A DNA stretch of 64,000 nt. It comes from Octopus vulgaris. Lineage: Eukaryota. Positions within the stretch are counted from its first letter, which is position 1; the number at the start of each line of letters is the position of its first letter. Below the pieces are notes generated by a model. That model did no database searches. It saw only the letters and a program-made list of their open reading frames with translations, and was not told where the DNA came from. Where the stretch lies: NCBI GenBank assembly GCA_951406725.2, contig OX597821.1, forward strand, positions 108,314,001 to 108,378,000, in the 5' to 3' direction. The translations under genes were made by a program, and so were the position numbers. Of this stretch, positions 42,668 to 56,922 are shown one piece after another.

Positions 42668-43336
42668 CACACATATATATATATATATATATATATACGC
42701 ATGCTCATACACGTATATGAATGCATACTTGCGCACATACATACAAAAGCAAACACACACTCACATGTATCGAAGGGGTAATTATTAACAAGAAAATGTT
42801 CTTGAATAAAGAGCGCATGATGGTATAAAGTGCCGAGAATAAATATTATTTATTTAATAAAATGAATCGTGACAAAACGCCTGATGTTTCGCTCTGACGC
42901 AGTTGGCGGTCTTGTGAAAGAGTAAGTTGGCTATTACGAGTGATTTTATTAAATAATACATTTCTTCATATATTATATTATGTTACTTTATATTATATTA
43001 TATTATATTATATTATATTATATAAAAAGAATATAGCTGCCAAAACTTACCTACACTATATTCTTCGCTTGATATAAAGGGCTTTTGTAAAAGGAATTTA
43101 AGTATTTTGTGTGAAAATTGCACACAATTGTCAAAATAAAAATATTTTAAAGAATTAGTTTTAATAGAAGCTGGAATAAATAACTGTCGAAAAAATTGCT
43201 ATGTTTATTTATTTCCTTATTTATATAGTTTAAAAAAAAATACTTGCTTTATGTGCACCGTATTTTGTAATTCGTCATGAAGAAAAATACCAGTAATTGC
43301 TGCAGATGTTATTGTTCTTGCCGTTGTTCGCATTCT

Positions 43337-43555
43337 TCTTCCTTCTCGAACATATACTCTTTTACTTGTTTCAGTCATTTGAATGCGACCATGCCGGAGC
43401 ACCGCCTTTAGTCGAGCAAATCGCCCCCCAGGACTTATTCTTTCTAAGACCAGTACACATTCTATCGGTCTGTTTTGCTGAAACGCTAAGTTACGGGGAC
43501 GTAAACAGACCAGCATCGGTTGTCGAGCGATGTTGGGCGGGGTCAAACACAGACA

Positions 43556-43601
<46 letters not shown>

Positions 43602-43649
43602 TATACACGATGGGCTTCTTTCAGTTTCCGTCTACTAAATCCACTCACA
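43337..43649 (-). mobile_element. SINE family B, 5'-truncated
   Basis: CTTTTACTTGTTTCAGTCATTTG...TTTCAGTTTCCGTCTACTAAATCCACTCAC. Confidence 0.85.
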
Positions 43650-43653
43650 TAGA

Positions 43654-43690
<37 letters not shown>

Positions 43691-43789
43691 TAGAGTTCAA
43701 TAAAATTGTATTATATACATATGCTAGACCACTGGTGTGAAAATCGATGTTAATTAAATTAATATTTAATTTCTCACCCTCATTTTAAA

Positions 43790-44132
<343 letters not shown>

Positions 44133-44242
44133 GTAATACTTATAAACAAACCGGAAGGCTTTGTAAGTCACGGAGATATAGCGACAATGGAAGTCTGTTA
44201 GTACAATAATATCTATAAAATAGTATATCGTAATAATAATCG

Positions 44243-44396
44243 TATCGGGATAATTACCACCCCCATAGGACAAAATTGCCCATGATGACAAATACCCCCT
44301 AGGACAATTACCTCCCTCTCTAATATATTAACTATTTTAAATCATCATCTATTGTCCTCAGCGGTTATTGTCCATGGGGGTAAATGTCCTAGAACT
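44243..44396. mobile_element. MITE/foldback-like element with repeated subterminal GGACAA(T)TACCC motifs
   Basis: Left: GGATAATTACC, GGACAAAATTGCCC, GACAAATACCCCC, GGACAATTACC; right, inverted: ATTGTCC, GGTTATTGTCC, GGGGGTAAATGTCC. Confidence 0.55.
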
Positions 44397-44667
44397 CAGT
44401 AATAATATATATTAAGCTGGAACCATGAAAACTTCACGGAAAATATTTTTTAAATGTAAGCTTCTGTGAATAGTGTGCTGGTGCCATGAGAAATGTTTCT
44501 ATATTGTGGCACTGAATATAGAAAGAAGTGTTAAACCGTTTACTATATATTCCAACCAAAATATCTCAGTTACGCAGACGTAAACAGAATTACTATTTAG
44601 CCTTAAAATATATGGTACATAATGAAAGAACCTTCTTGGTTTGGTGGTACGAAACGTTCTTTTGGCA

Positions 44668-44990
44668 TTCTTTTATTCTTTTACTTGTTTCGGTCATTTG
44701 ACCGTGGCCATGCTGGAGCACTGTCTTTTAGTCGAAGAAATCGAGCCCTGGGCTTATTCCCTGGGAGCCTGGTGTTTATTCTATCAGTCACTTCTGCCGA
44801 ACAGTTAAGTTACGGGGACCCAAACACACCAACATCGGTTGTCAAACAATGGTTGTGGGGTAGGGGTGACAAACACAGACACAAATACATACATAAAAAT
44901 ATCATATATATATATATATATATATTCTTTCAGTTTCCGTCTACCAAAATTACTCAAGAGGCTTTGGTCGGCCCGAGGCTATAATAGAAA
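44668..44990 (-). mobile_element. SINE family B
   Basis: Reverse B tail and body. Confidence 0.85.
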
Positions 44991-45962
44991 AGTATAGAGT
45001 TGAATTTCGTGTAGCCACCTGTTGGCATCTTCTCTCCCCCACCCATTTTGTAGGGGATCTTACCCAATTTTCAGGGCTCTTTTCACAGCTAATCGCCGTT
45101 CCAAATTCACATTAGTTTTTGTATTAAAAAAAAGTGAAGGGAGGGCGCTTGTTTGTAGTTTGTAGTGAAAATGTTAAACGTGTCTAAAAAAGAAACATGG
45201 TCTTCCTTCTCCACCATCAACTAAAATACATGAAGTATGGAAGAAAGCAAATAAGTACTGGGGGTTGGGGAAAGAAGAGAGAACTAACAGTCAACTGTTG
45301 TAGAACTTCCAGAATAAGAACGTAAACACTTGAAATACTTTCCCTCTATTCATTGCGTGTATGATTTGAGTGTTGTTTGTCCTGCACGTTTGAAAGTTAG
45401 AATTCTCACAAATTCACCTTTACAACGATCAATTTCTATAGTTTACGCCGAGAAAATGCACCAGCATGAACACAAACTAATACACAGAAATAAACACGTA
45501 CAGCAATACACACACACACACACACACACAGACAGACACTCGCGCGCGAGCATTTATATAAACGTTTAAAAGTCAAGAGCTCCATTAACAGATACATTCC
45601 ATGCTCTTCAGAAATTCTCTTTCAAGCAGAGATCTTCAATAGGACACCAAGAAAGAAAGTGCGTTTCATAAGCCGTCAATGAGGTTTGCCAGTGTTCGCT
45701 TTTCAGTGAAAAGCAATTTCATATTTCGTAGCCGTGCTACATACTGCACCCATTGCTACGCACTAGATTTATTTGTATATATATATATATATAAAATGAG
45801 ATAGGGGTTGAAAATTCAACCCACCATGGGATAATATATATCCAATATACTGCTAGATAGGTACCCAACAAAATTAATACATAGATGTTAAAAATTGTCA
45901 AGCAATCAGTTCATCTATTGTATTAAATGGGTAAAGGTAATAATATTACCGTAAATTAATAC

Positions 45963-46838
45963 TACAAAATTAGAGAATGGAGAAACATACTTAAATCAGT
46001 AAAACATCAACTATCCGATGATACCCAATCCATACTTTAATACACCATTACATATGAGTAAAGGCAATATATAAAATGAAATGAGATATACAGTAATAGT
46101 AAAAGTAAAAAAGATAAAGAGATATAAGTAAAAAATTTCAAATATAATATGCAAATAAATCAAAACTGACAGCTGTTTCGGCAGTGAGGACAGTCATACC
46201 TCATTTTAACCTATAAGCCATAAAGGCAGGTATAAATGAGGCATTAACAAGGATGCCCCACGGCCTCTTCAGAGAATTAAATTAAATTTGTTATAATAGT
46301 GAAAAATATTATATAATCATATACATATAAATATAAAAATATAAAAATGTAAAATATAAAAACTTATACATCATAATGCTACACTTATATAATATAATAC
46401 ACATTTGTATAATTGTATAATACACATTTGTATAATACACATTTGTATAATACAAATGTGTATTATATTATATAAGTGTAGCATTATGATGTATAAGTTT
46501 TTATATTTTACATTTTTATATTTTATATTTATATGTATATGATTATATAATATTTTTCACTATTATAACAAATTTAATTTAATTCTCTGAAGAGGCCGTG
46601 GGGTACATCCTTGTTATATTTATACCTGCCTTTATATATATACTGTCCTACTGCCGAACAGCTATTTATTTGCATATATATTTGAGAATTTTTACTTATA
46701 TCTCTTTATCTTTTTACTTTTACTATTACTGTATATCTCATTTCATTTTATATATTGCCTTTACTCATATGTAATGGTGTATTAAAGTATGGATTAGTAT
46801 CATCATATATGTTTTATGATTTATATATTCTCTAATTT

Positions 46839-46842
<4 letters not shown>
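45963..46842. repeat. ~880-bp palindrome (inverted Penelope-like pLTR), centre near 46449, right arm deletion-rich
   Basis: AATCCATACTTTAATACACCATTACATATGAGTAAAGGC versus GCCTTTACTCATATGTAATGGTGTATTAAAGTATGGATT; CCCCACGGCCTCTTCAGAGAATT versus AATTCTCTGAAGAGGCCGTGGGG. Confidence 0.9.
46160..46280 (-). ncRNA. Type I hammerhead motif with greatly extended stem II
   Basis: CUGAAGA-GGC-c-GUGGGG..AUGCCUCAUUU..AAAUGAGGUAU..CCUCAC-u-GCC-GAAAC-AGCU-GUC; palindromic stem III ACAGCUGU; GUC triplet; stem I weak. Confidence 0.65.
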
Positions 46843-46917
<75 letters not shown>

Positions 46918-46994
46918 GCATATGTATGTATATACATATATGTATATATATACATATACATATATACATGCATATGTATATGTGGTTTATAAAT

Positions 46995-47046
<52 letters not shown>

Positions 47047-47101
47047 ACATACATACATACATGTATATATGTATGTGCATATATATGCTCACAGAATTAC
47101 A

Positions 47102-47157
<56 letters not shown>

Positions 47158-47210
47158 TATATGCATGTATATATGTTTATACTTGTATGTGTAAGTATGT
47201 ATATATGTAT

Positions 47211-47543
47211 GTGGAGGCGCGTGGTTTAGTGGTTAGGGCATTTGGCCCACGATCATAAGGTTGTGAGTTCAATCCCCGGCATCGTGTTGTGCCCTTGAGC
47301 AAGACATTTTATTTCGCCTTGCTCCAATCCACTCGGCTGCCAAAAATGTGTTGTACTTGTAATTCAAAGGGATCAGCTTTGTCACATTTTGTGTTATGCT
47401 GAATGTCCCTGAGAACTACGTTAATGGTTCGCGTGTGGTGTCTGTGGAGTACTCAGCCACTTGCACGTTAATTTCACGAACAAGCCGTTCCGTTGATCGG
47501 ATCAACTGGAACCCCGCTCGTCGTAATCGACGGAGTACCAGTT
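47211..47543 (+). mobile_element. tRNA-headed SINE family D, full length
   Basis: GTGGAGGCGCGTGGTTTAGTGGTTAGG, GAGTTCAATCCCC, CCTTGAGCAAGACA; tail CTCGTCGTAATCGACGGAGTACCAGTT. Confidence 0.85.
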
Positions 47544-47689
47544 ATGCATGTATGTATCTAACTATTTGTCTATCTATTACCAATCAAACAATTTGCATAT
47601 ATATATACACATATATGCATGTAAATGTTTATGAATATATATATGTGTGTGTGTGTGTAGGAGTGTCGTTTGTCCTTCTCAAAGTAGCA

Positions 47690-47950
47690 AAACACAAGAT
47701 GTCATATACACACATATACAAAACACAAGATTCCCCACACACACGCACACACGTAAAAAACACATCTTGTCACACACTCGCACAAAAAAGCACATGTCAC
47801 ACACACACACACACAAAACAAAACACAAGGTGTTACACACACACACACACACGCACACACACGCAAAACACAAGATGTCATACACACGCACAGACAAAAA
47901 ACACGAGATGTCACACACACACACACATACAAAACAAAGCAAGAGATGTA
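47690..47950 (+). repeat. Minisatellite-like array: AAAACACAAGATGTC + (AC)n, about 7 units
   Basis: Motif recurs near 47690, 47720, 47757, 47787, 47820, 47865 and 47897. Confidence 0.75.
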
Positions 47951-48748
47951 TCTCTCTGTCTCTCTCTCTCTCTCTCCCACACTCACACACACACGCACAC
48001 TTTCCAAAATGTGTTCCCGAAACGCCATCCCAATTATACATCTCTGCTGCATGTTATCACATATAATGCCCTCGATTCTATAAACGGAAATAAAAGCAGG
48101 CATCTTTTGGTGCTCACAGTGGAAGAACGCTAAGCAAGTTCCTTGTAAAGAGCCATACTAATTATTCTTAGACGACAAAGAACCGACACGCTACACTCTC
48201 AGACGTCTTCTCTTGTTGTTCTGACTCCTAAGCTTCGCTTGAACCTTCCACCATTTCTTTCTCATTCTTATAACCAGAGTCATAATAATCGTTTGTCAAA
48301 TTTCTTGCCACAGTTACCATTGCGTCGCAACACTTCTTCTCCTCTTCCGCTTCGTCCTCATCATTGTCACCGTTGCAGTCGTCGTCGTCGTCGTCGTCAT
48401 TATCATCAACATCATCATAATCATTATCCTCGTTATCATCATCACCATCATTCCACGCTTATATGATAACGATAAACGATCTCAATACATACATACACAC
48501 ACCTATGCGCACGCACGCAAGCACGCACACACACACACATACACATACACACACGTGCCCTAGTCATTTTCATTTCCTTCCTTGGATTTCCCCTTTCTTC
48601 TTTTCGACGAAGATCTATGCACGAAACGTCAAACTCACTCCTTTCACTGAACACCAAGCCAGCCCGATACTTTTGCACGTCCTCATGTTGTCCATTTTCA
48701 TTCGCTTATTTTTCGCTTATTTCAATTGCTTGTTTATATATGTGTATA

Positions 48749-48839
<91 letters not shown>

Positions 48840-49765
48840 TTTACGAAAAAACAAAAGTCGAAGACAGGTGGTGTACAAAACAAACAGATGTATTTGTATA
48901 ACGCTCAGGAATTGAAAATGTCTTTTACGTTGCGAGCCTACACTCTTCTACAGAAAAAATCAAGGAGAGAAACAATGAGAGAAAAAATGTGTGTAGTGGC
49001 TGACGATCTATCATGGCGACAAGATGTCATTCACACGCACATATTTATATATATATATATATATATATAGGGAGAGAGAAAATGAGCATGAGAGAGAGAG
49101 AGAGAGAGAGGTGGTAAGATAGAGATTTGCACGCACAGATATTGTGTATATTTGCATCCGTGTATGTAACTCCTTTTCTATTGTCCTTAACCTAAGCATA
49201 TTTACTAACATTGTTCTAAATTTCTGCACAACGCCAGATGGGCTAATTCAATAGCATGAACCCTAGTGCTGAACTGGTGCTAATTTCCTTGATCATTGTA
49301 GGATGGAAGATAAAGTCGCCCTTAGTACAACGAGTAAAATGCTTAGCGGCATTTCGTCCGTCTTTACGTTCCGAGGTCTCCTTTACTTGTCATCATATCA
49401 GTGTCGATCAAATAAAGTACCTGTGGAGTCATGGGGTCAATGTAATCGACTTACAGCCTCCCTCGAAATTGCTGAGCTAGTGCCAAAATGTGAAACCACT
49501 ATTACACTCTGTAGTGACGTGCTGTTTTATAAAAGTGCCCGTACCGGAAAATATCAGATTATTCGCACCGCATCGATTAATGGTGCTTACTAATACTCCA
49601 AAGGAAATTAAGATCTAACAATTGCCTAATGGCAGCATTGTAGCATACATGAATCATTACACACACACATGAATATATATATTCCGGAATACATACATGT
49701 GAGTGTGCGTATGTGTCGCATATAATAAGTACCAGGCCTATCTATCTATCTACCTACCTAATTAT

Positions 49766-49867
49766 CACTTGAAGAGACACATCTATATCGACGGATGCAC
49801 CAAACCCAGTTGTTAAGTATCCCACCCGTAAGTGATCGATGCTGGGTGGAGCGAAACGATTGTAGTG
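49766..49867 (+). ncRNA. Degenerate hammerhead-like motif
   Basis: CAC-UUGAAGA-[~77 nt including ACCCAG/CUGGGU]-GAAAC-GAUU-GUA-GUG; base of stem II poorly paired. Confidence 0.35.
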
Positions 49868-50106
49868 TTTAAGAAACAACTTCGTGGAGTCCATCTCTCA
49901 TTAGTCAAGTCCGTCTCTCATTGATCAAATATATATATGCCTTGTGTGGCTATCGAGTCGATTTTGACTCTTATTTATAGCAATGCTATCACTATTGCTG
50001 TACCCTTCTTTATTGATTTGCATTTAGGTTTTAATTGTTAACGGGTTACCTATATTATAATATATTTAATATATATATATATATATTTATTTATATATAA
50101 ACATAA

Positions 50107-50264
50107 GCGCAGGTTGTGTGGTAAGAAGCTTGCTTCTCAACCACATGACTCCGGGTTCCGTTCCATTGCGTGGTAACTTGAGCAAGTGTCTTCTACTAGA
50201 GCCTCAGGCCGACCAAAACCTTGAGAGTGAAATTGGTAAACGGAAACTGAAAAAATCCAGTCTC

Positions 50265-50311
<47 letters not shown>

Positions 50312-50500
50312 TCCCTACGCCATCGCTTCCCAACCAATACTGGTGTGTTTACGATCACCGTTACTTAGCGGTTCGGCAATAGAGACCGAGAGAATAAGTA
50401 CTAGGCTTACAAAGAATAAGTCCTGGGGTCGATTTGTTCAACCATAAACATTTAAGGCCTATGCTCCAGCATGACCGCTGTCAAATGACCAAAACAAGTA
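50107..50500 (+). mobile_element. SINE family B, full length
   Basis: Colinear with other B copies. Confidence 0.88.
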
Positions 50501-50592
50501 GCAGAAATGGCATTTGTATTTGAACACTATAAAAATATTCTTTTAAAAAAACTTTTCTGTTAATTTTTCTAAATTTAATTGTTTAACTGTTA

Positions 50593-50628
50593 CAGTTGAA
50601 AAAGTCTCAATGACTGAAACCGGTACTG
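50593..50628 (+). ncRNA. 36-nt minimal hammerhead motif with U3:A8 core variant
   Basis: CAG-UUGAAAA-AGUC ucaau GACU-GAAAC-CG-GUA-CUG; perfect stem II, stem I CAG/CUG, palindromic ACCGGU; the same core recurs at 37790-37806. Confidence 0.6.
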
Positions 50629-50681
50629 AAATATTTTTTTATAAAATTATTTTTGCATTTTCAATCTTGACTTTTTTCCAT

Positions 50682-50726
<45 letters not shown>

Positions 50727-50800
50727 AACACACATACATACATATATATATATTGAGCTTCAACAACTGTTTATTATTATCCCTATATCTATGCTAAATC

Positions 50801-50852
<52 letters not shown>

Positions 50853-51128
50853 TATGTATCTTCTGATATAGAAACCTACATTCGCATATGTTTGGCTCGC
50901 TTCAGACATGTGCAAACAATCACTCGGTACTCGTTGACTGTTTCCAAGTTCGCTGCTGTTAATTCACATCTGTGAAGGCAACACTCCTTGACGATCGCAA
51001 ACCTATTTAAGCAACTACGCCAGCATTAATCTTGAAGCTCTCTCATTACACCTTATTCTCTCTTCCTCTCACACTGCTGTCTCTGTGTCTCTCTCCCCCT
51101 CTCTCTCTATTGCATATATGTATGTGTA

Positions 51129-51170
<42 letters not shown>

Positions 51171-51456
51171 AACATACATATAAACATATATATATACATA
51201 TATATATGCATACATATATATGAGTGTGTGTGTAAGAGTATGTTTCTATGTGTGTTTTGTAGTGTGTGTGCGTGTGTTTGTATGTGTGTATTACTTTAAA
51301 TTTAAATGATTCGAGACAGATGGCCAAATGTTTCATTTAGTTTACTGTTTTTTTTTTTGTTTCGAACAGATATAAATGTTATCATTCGCAATGAGTAAGC
51401 TCTTCCAGGATCTCTAATTTTAGAGCCGAGTTTTTTAACTCATATTTCCAAATACA

Positions 51457-51825
<369 letters not shown>

Positions 51826-51892
51826 AAGTCTGCATGTTTTTTTGCTATATATGCATGTGTGTGCGTGAGAGAAAACGTGTGTGTGTGTGTTT

Positions 51893-52008
51893 TCCGGGTT
51901 TAGTCCCACCACGTGGCACTTTGGGCAAGTGTCTTCTACTATAGCCTCGGGTCGACCAAAATCGTGTGAGTGGATTTGGTAGACGGAAACAGGAAGAAGC
52001 CCGTCTAT
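51893..52008 (+). mobile_element. SINE family B, 5' fragment
   Basis: CCGGGTTTAGTCCCAC..TTGGGCAAGTGTCTTCTACTATAGCC..GGTAGACGGAAAC. Confidence 0.8.
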
Positions 52009-52015
52009 ATGTATG

Positions 52016-52049
<34 letters not shown>

Positions 52050-52053
<4 letters not shown>

Positions 52054-52590
52054 GAATGGAGGCAATATTAAGGGAAAACTAGAGGAACATGACCTATTAT
52101 CCAATAGAATATTCAATATATATGTGTACTTTCATTGGTCATTAATAAATCAATATCAAGTTCCAGATAATACAGTATTATAACATACAAGTATATGAAC
52201 ACATAAATATTGAGTATTTAAAAATACACGCATATTTGAAAATATTTAAAAATATTTAAAAATAGGTCGGCATTTTAAAAATATATAAATACATAAATAG
52301 ATATAGAAATAGATATAAAAAATAGAATAAAAGTATTTAAAAATATTTTTAAATGCTCTTATATATAAATACGCAGGCAAAATATAAAACATCAACATAA
52401 TATAAGACTTACAGAATTAATAATTCACACGATAATTATCAATTCATACGATAAGATACAAGGTAATAAACATTCACAAGTTACAGCACGGGGTCCAGTG
52501 GAAAATTTGAAATTATACAACATTAACAGGACATACTAATACACGATGATAATGTTCCATCGACGGGCCGTTTCACTAATCCCCTTGATA
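52050..52590 (-). mobile_element. Probable Penelope-like pLTR remnant with the 3' half of a hammerhead
   Basis: Minus strand ..UAGU-GAAAC-GGCCC-GUC-GAUGG at about 52557-52578, followed by AT-rich sequence ending in (TA)n; 5' half missing. Confidence 0.35.
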
Positions 52591-52600
52591 AAACTGTTCC

Positions 52601-53272
52601 CATTTTGAAGGATATGCGTTTGCTATCCAGGAACAAGAAATATCAACCAAGTACCTGAATCACGAAGAGATAGAGATGTAGGAAAAGCATTAAAATGTGA
52701 CAACCGATTTAGACTTTGTGGAGTTCACACTGAAGATATCACCCACATCATAAGCAATTGTGCGAAAATGTCATTACGGTATTATCTATTGATGAGATAT
52801 GACGTTGTAGCTAGGACACTCTATAATGAAATCCGTCGGAAGGATAATCCCGGAGACAAAGAAATAAGAACCCACAATATGGTAGAAGCCATAGCCACTC
52901 ATGATATAAAGGAATACTGGTGTAATGTCCCAGTGAAGACCTTAATAAAATGTAAGCACAATAGAGCTGATATAATGATTTGGGATAGAGAAGAGAAACT
53001 GTTCACAGTTGTGGAAATTAGCTGCCCAGTGGATGCTAGACATAGACAACACCTATGTTGCACTATTGAGAAATCTGTAGATACTCTATCCAGATTCAGG
53101 TTTATACCTGTAGTTATTGGGCTCTGGGATATGTAACACACGGCCTAGATACCAATGTTGAGAAATTAGGCTTCTCAAACCAGAACGGAGAAAGCTAATT
53201 CGAAGACTACAGATCCAATCCATCACTGGAACTGTAAAAATCTGTAAAACTTTCCTGAATTTTATCACTTAA
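52601..53272 (+). mobile_element. R4/Dong-like RLE non-LTR retrotransposon 3' end, pseudogenised
   Basis: HFEGYAFAIQEQEISTKYL..RLCG..EDITHIISNC.KM..RYDVV..LY..RADIMIWDREEKLFTVVEISCP..LQIQSITGTVKICKTFL; followed by (TC)(TATC)(TA) repeats. Confidence 0.88.
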
Positions 53273-53289
53273 ATTTATATGAGCATGTC

Positions 53290-53762
<473 letters not shown>

Positions 53763-53779
53763 TTTATATATATATATAT

Positions 53780-54540
53780 GGGGGTGCCTCCGTTGGTCAT
53801 GGCTGACAAGGGATGATGTCATCCGTCCGTTGAGTTGTCTATTCAGTTTTTGCAACGCCTCCTGTGGCTGAAGAGACCGATGCGAGAGTGGCAGTCTCGT
53901 TTGCAGAGGTCACACCCATACGTTGAATCCGGTCTGTTGGCTGTCATTTCTTTCCTGCGGGCTCGGTTTTCAGCTGCTGCCACCCTCAAATTCTCTTCAC
54001 CAGTCTGCAGTTGTTTATGAAGAGTGCCTCTCCAGCAGGTTCGGGCGGCTGCAAGATCCTCCCAGGAATTGGTATTGATGCCAAGTGCCTTCATATCCCT
54101 CCTGCACACCTGTCTGTACTTCAGCTTCGGGCGGCCAATGTTTCTCCGCCCTGCGACAAGCTCCCCGAAGAGGACATCCTTTGGGATCCGACCATCCTCC
54201 ATACGGCGAACGTGGCCAAGCCAGCGCAGCCGACGTTGTCTCAGCAAGGTGAGCAAGGTGGGGAGGCCAGCACGAGACAGAACGAAAGTATTGGTTACTT
54301 TGTCTTGCCAGGAGATGCCGGGTATGCGTCGGAGGCTTCTGAGGTGGAAGGTGTTAAGCCGTTTCTCCTGGCGGGCGTACGCGGTCCACGTCTCGCTGCC
54401 GTATAGCAGGGTGCTGAGGACGTAAGCAACGTACACAGCCATTTTCGTTTTCGTTGTTAGCATGGGGTTTGTCCACACTCTTGGCGAACGCGGTCAATGC
54501 CCCGCTGCCGAATAGTAGGGTGCTGAGGACGCAAGTACTG
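53780..54540 (-). mobile_element. RTE-clade LINE, 5'-truncated, with an open 211-aa C-terminal ORF (53843-54478) and 3' UTR
   Basis: TKMAVY..VLSTLLYGSETW..FHLRSLRRI.GISWQDKVTN..RRLRWLGHVRRMEDGRIPKDVLFGEL..GRPK..C-terminal CDLC..CHSRIGLFSHRRRC; visibly more GC-rich than the flanks. Confidence 0.93.
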
Positions 54541-54542
54541 TA

Positions 54543-54585
<43 letters not shown>

Positions 54586-54805
54586 GTCGTCGTCGTCGCC
54601 GTTGTCATCATCATCATCATCATCATTGTCGTCGATGTCGCCGTCATCATCATTACCGTTATCATCATGATCACTACCATCGCAGTCGTCATCATCATCA
54701 TTATCGTCATCATCAACATCGTCGTGGTCGTCGATACTGCCAACTTTATCATCATCCTATATCACTTCCTCCTCCTCCTCCTCCCAACCATCATCATCAT
54801 CATCC
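54543..54805. repeat. (CAT/CGT)n degenerate array
   Basis: Direct reading. Confidence 0.9.
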
Positions 54806-55064
54806 TTTCCGTTACCATTCTCTCACAGAATCGATAACAGCTTTATTTGCTTCCTTCAACTTAATTTCATCCATACTGGTTCCCCTCCTGTTCTACATAT
54901 GGCTCTAATAGCAGCTAACCATTTACTCATAGCTACCACGTGCAAACATAAAATCACACGCACACACACACACACAAATATGTATATATGATATATATAC
55001 ACGCATATACACATACACAAATATGTATATATATGTATATATGCATATGTATGTATATATATGA

Positions 55065-55117
<53 letters not shown>

Positions 55118-55155
55118 GATAAATAGAGAGATAAATACGGATTTCTACATACACA

Positions 55156-55448
55156 ACTGGGACTCCGTCGGTTACGACGACGATGTTTCCAGTTGATCCA
55201 ATCAACGAACAGCCTGCTCGTGTAATTAAGTTGCATGTGGCGGAGCACTCCACAGTCACATGTACCTTTAACATAGTTCTCAAGCGTAACACAGAATGTG
55301 ACAAGGCTGGCCCCTTTGAATTGCAGGTACCACGCATTTTTGCCAATTTGAGTGAACTGGAACGTGAAATAAAGTGTCTTGCCCAAGGAAACAACACGTC
55401 GGTGGAAAATGAACTCACGAGCTTACGTTCGTAAGCCGAATGCCACGG
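55156..55448 (-). mobile_element. SINE family D
   Basis: AACTGGGACTCCGTCGGTTACGACGA..GTGACAAGGCTGGCCCC..GTGAAATAAAGTGTCTTGCCCAAGG. Confidence 0.85.
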
Positions 55449-55479
55449 GCATTTTTTAAATGTTTATTTATATACAATG

Positions 55480-55550
<71 letters not shown>

Positions 55551-55839
55551 TATTTATATCCACACGAAAATACATACATGTATGCTTATATATGTGTGTG
55601 TATCTGTGTGTGTGTGTCTGTGTCTGTATGTGTGTTTGTGTGTGTATGTATGCCTGTGTGTTCGCGCGTGAGTGTATGCGTATATGACATAAAATATGTG
55701 TGCATGAGTGTGTGATGGAGGTGTATTTTATAAATGTTTATGTGTGTATATATACACATGCACATAAATGTACATATGTACCTGCACGCATACATATATA
55801 CATACACATACATACAAATGGATACAGATTCACAAACAG

Positions 55840-56577
<738 letters not shown>

Positions 56578-56808
56578 TCCTCATATGGCTATCTACACAC
56601 ATTTAGTTATCCGTGTGTGTTCGTGCATGTGTTTTGAATATGGTGTTGGTGGTGGTGGTTAGTAAATGTAGACGTGTCTGCTTATACAATAAAACCCATT
56701 TCATCTGCATCTGGACAACATATGCACGTCTTTCATAAAATAACTCCATTTATAATATTCATTTACTATTTTCTTGTTTACTTTCTATAATAGCATAACA
56801 TAATACAG

Positions 56809-56839
<31 letters not shown>

Positions 56840-56885
56840 TATACATATATATTGATATATACATACATACACACATCAATGTATA

Positions 56886-56922
<37 letters not shown>

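Noticed and set aside
47690-47950. CRISPR-like repeat-spacer appearance
   Set aside because: Spacers are (AC)n, repeats are degenerate, the context is eukaryotic and there are no cas genes; a minisatellite.
53868-53890. CTGAAGA-GACCG motif
   Set aside because: Antisense of RTE coding sequence (IGLFSH); no stem II or GAAA.
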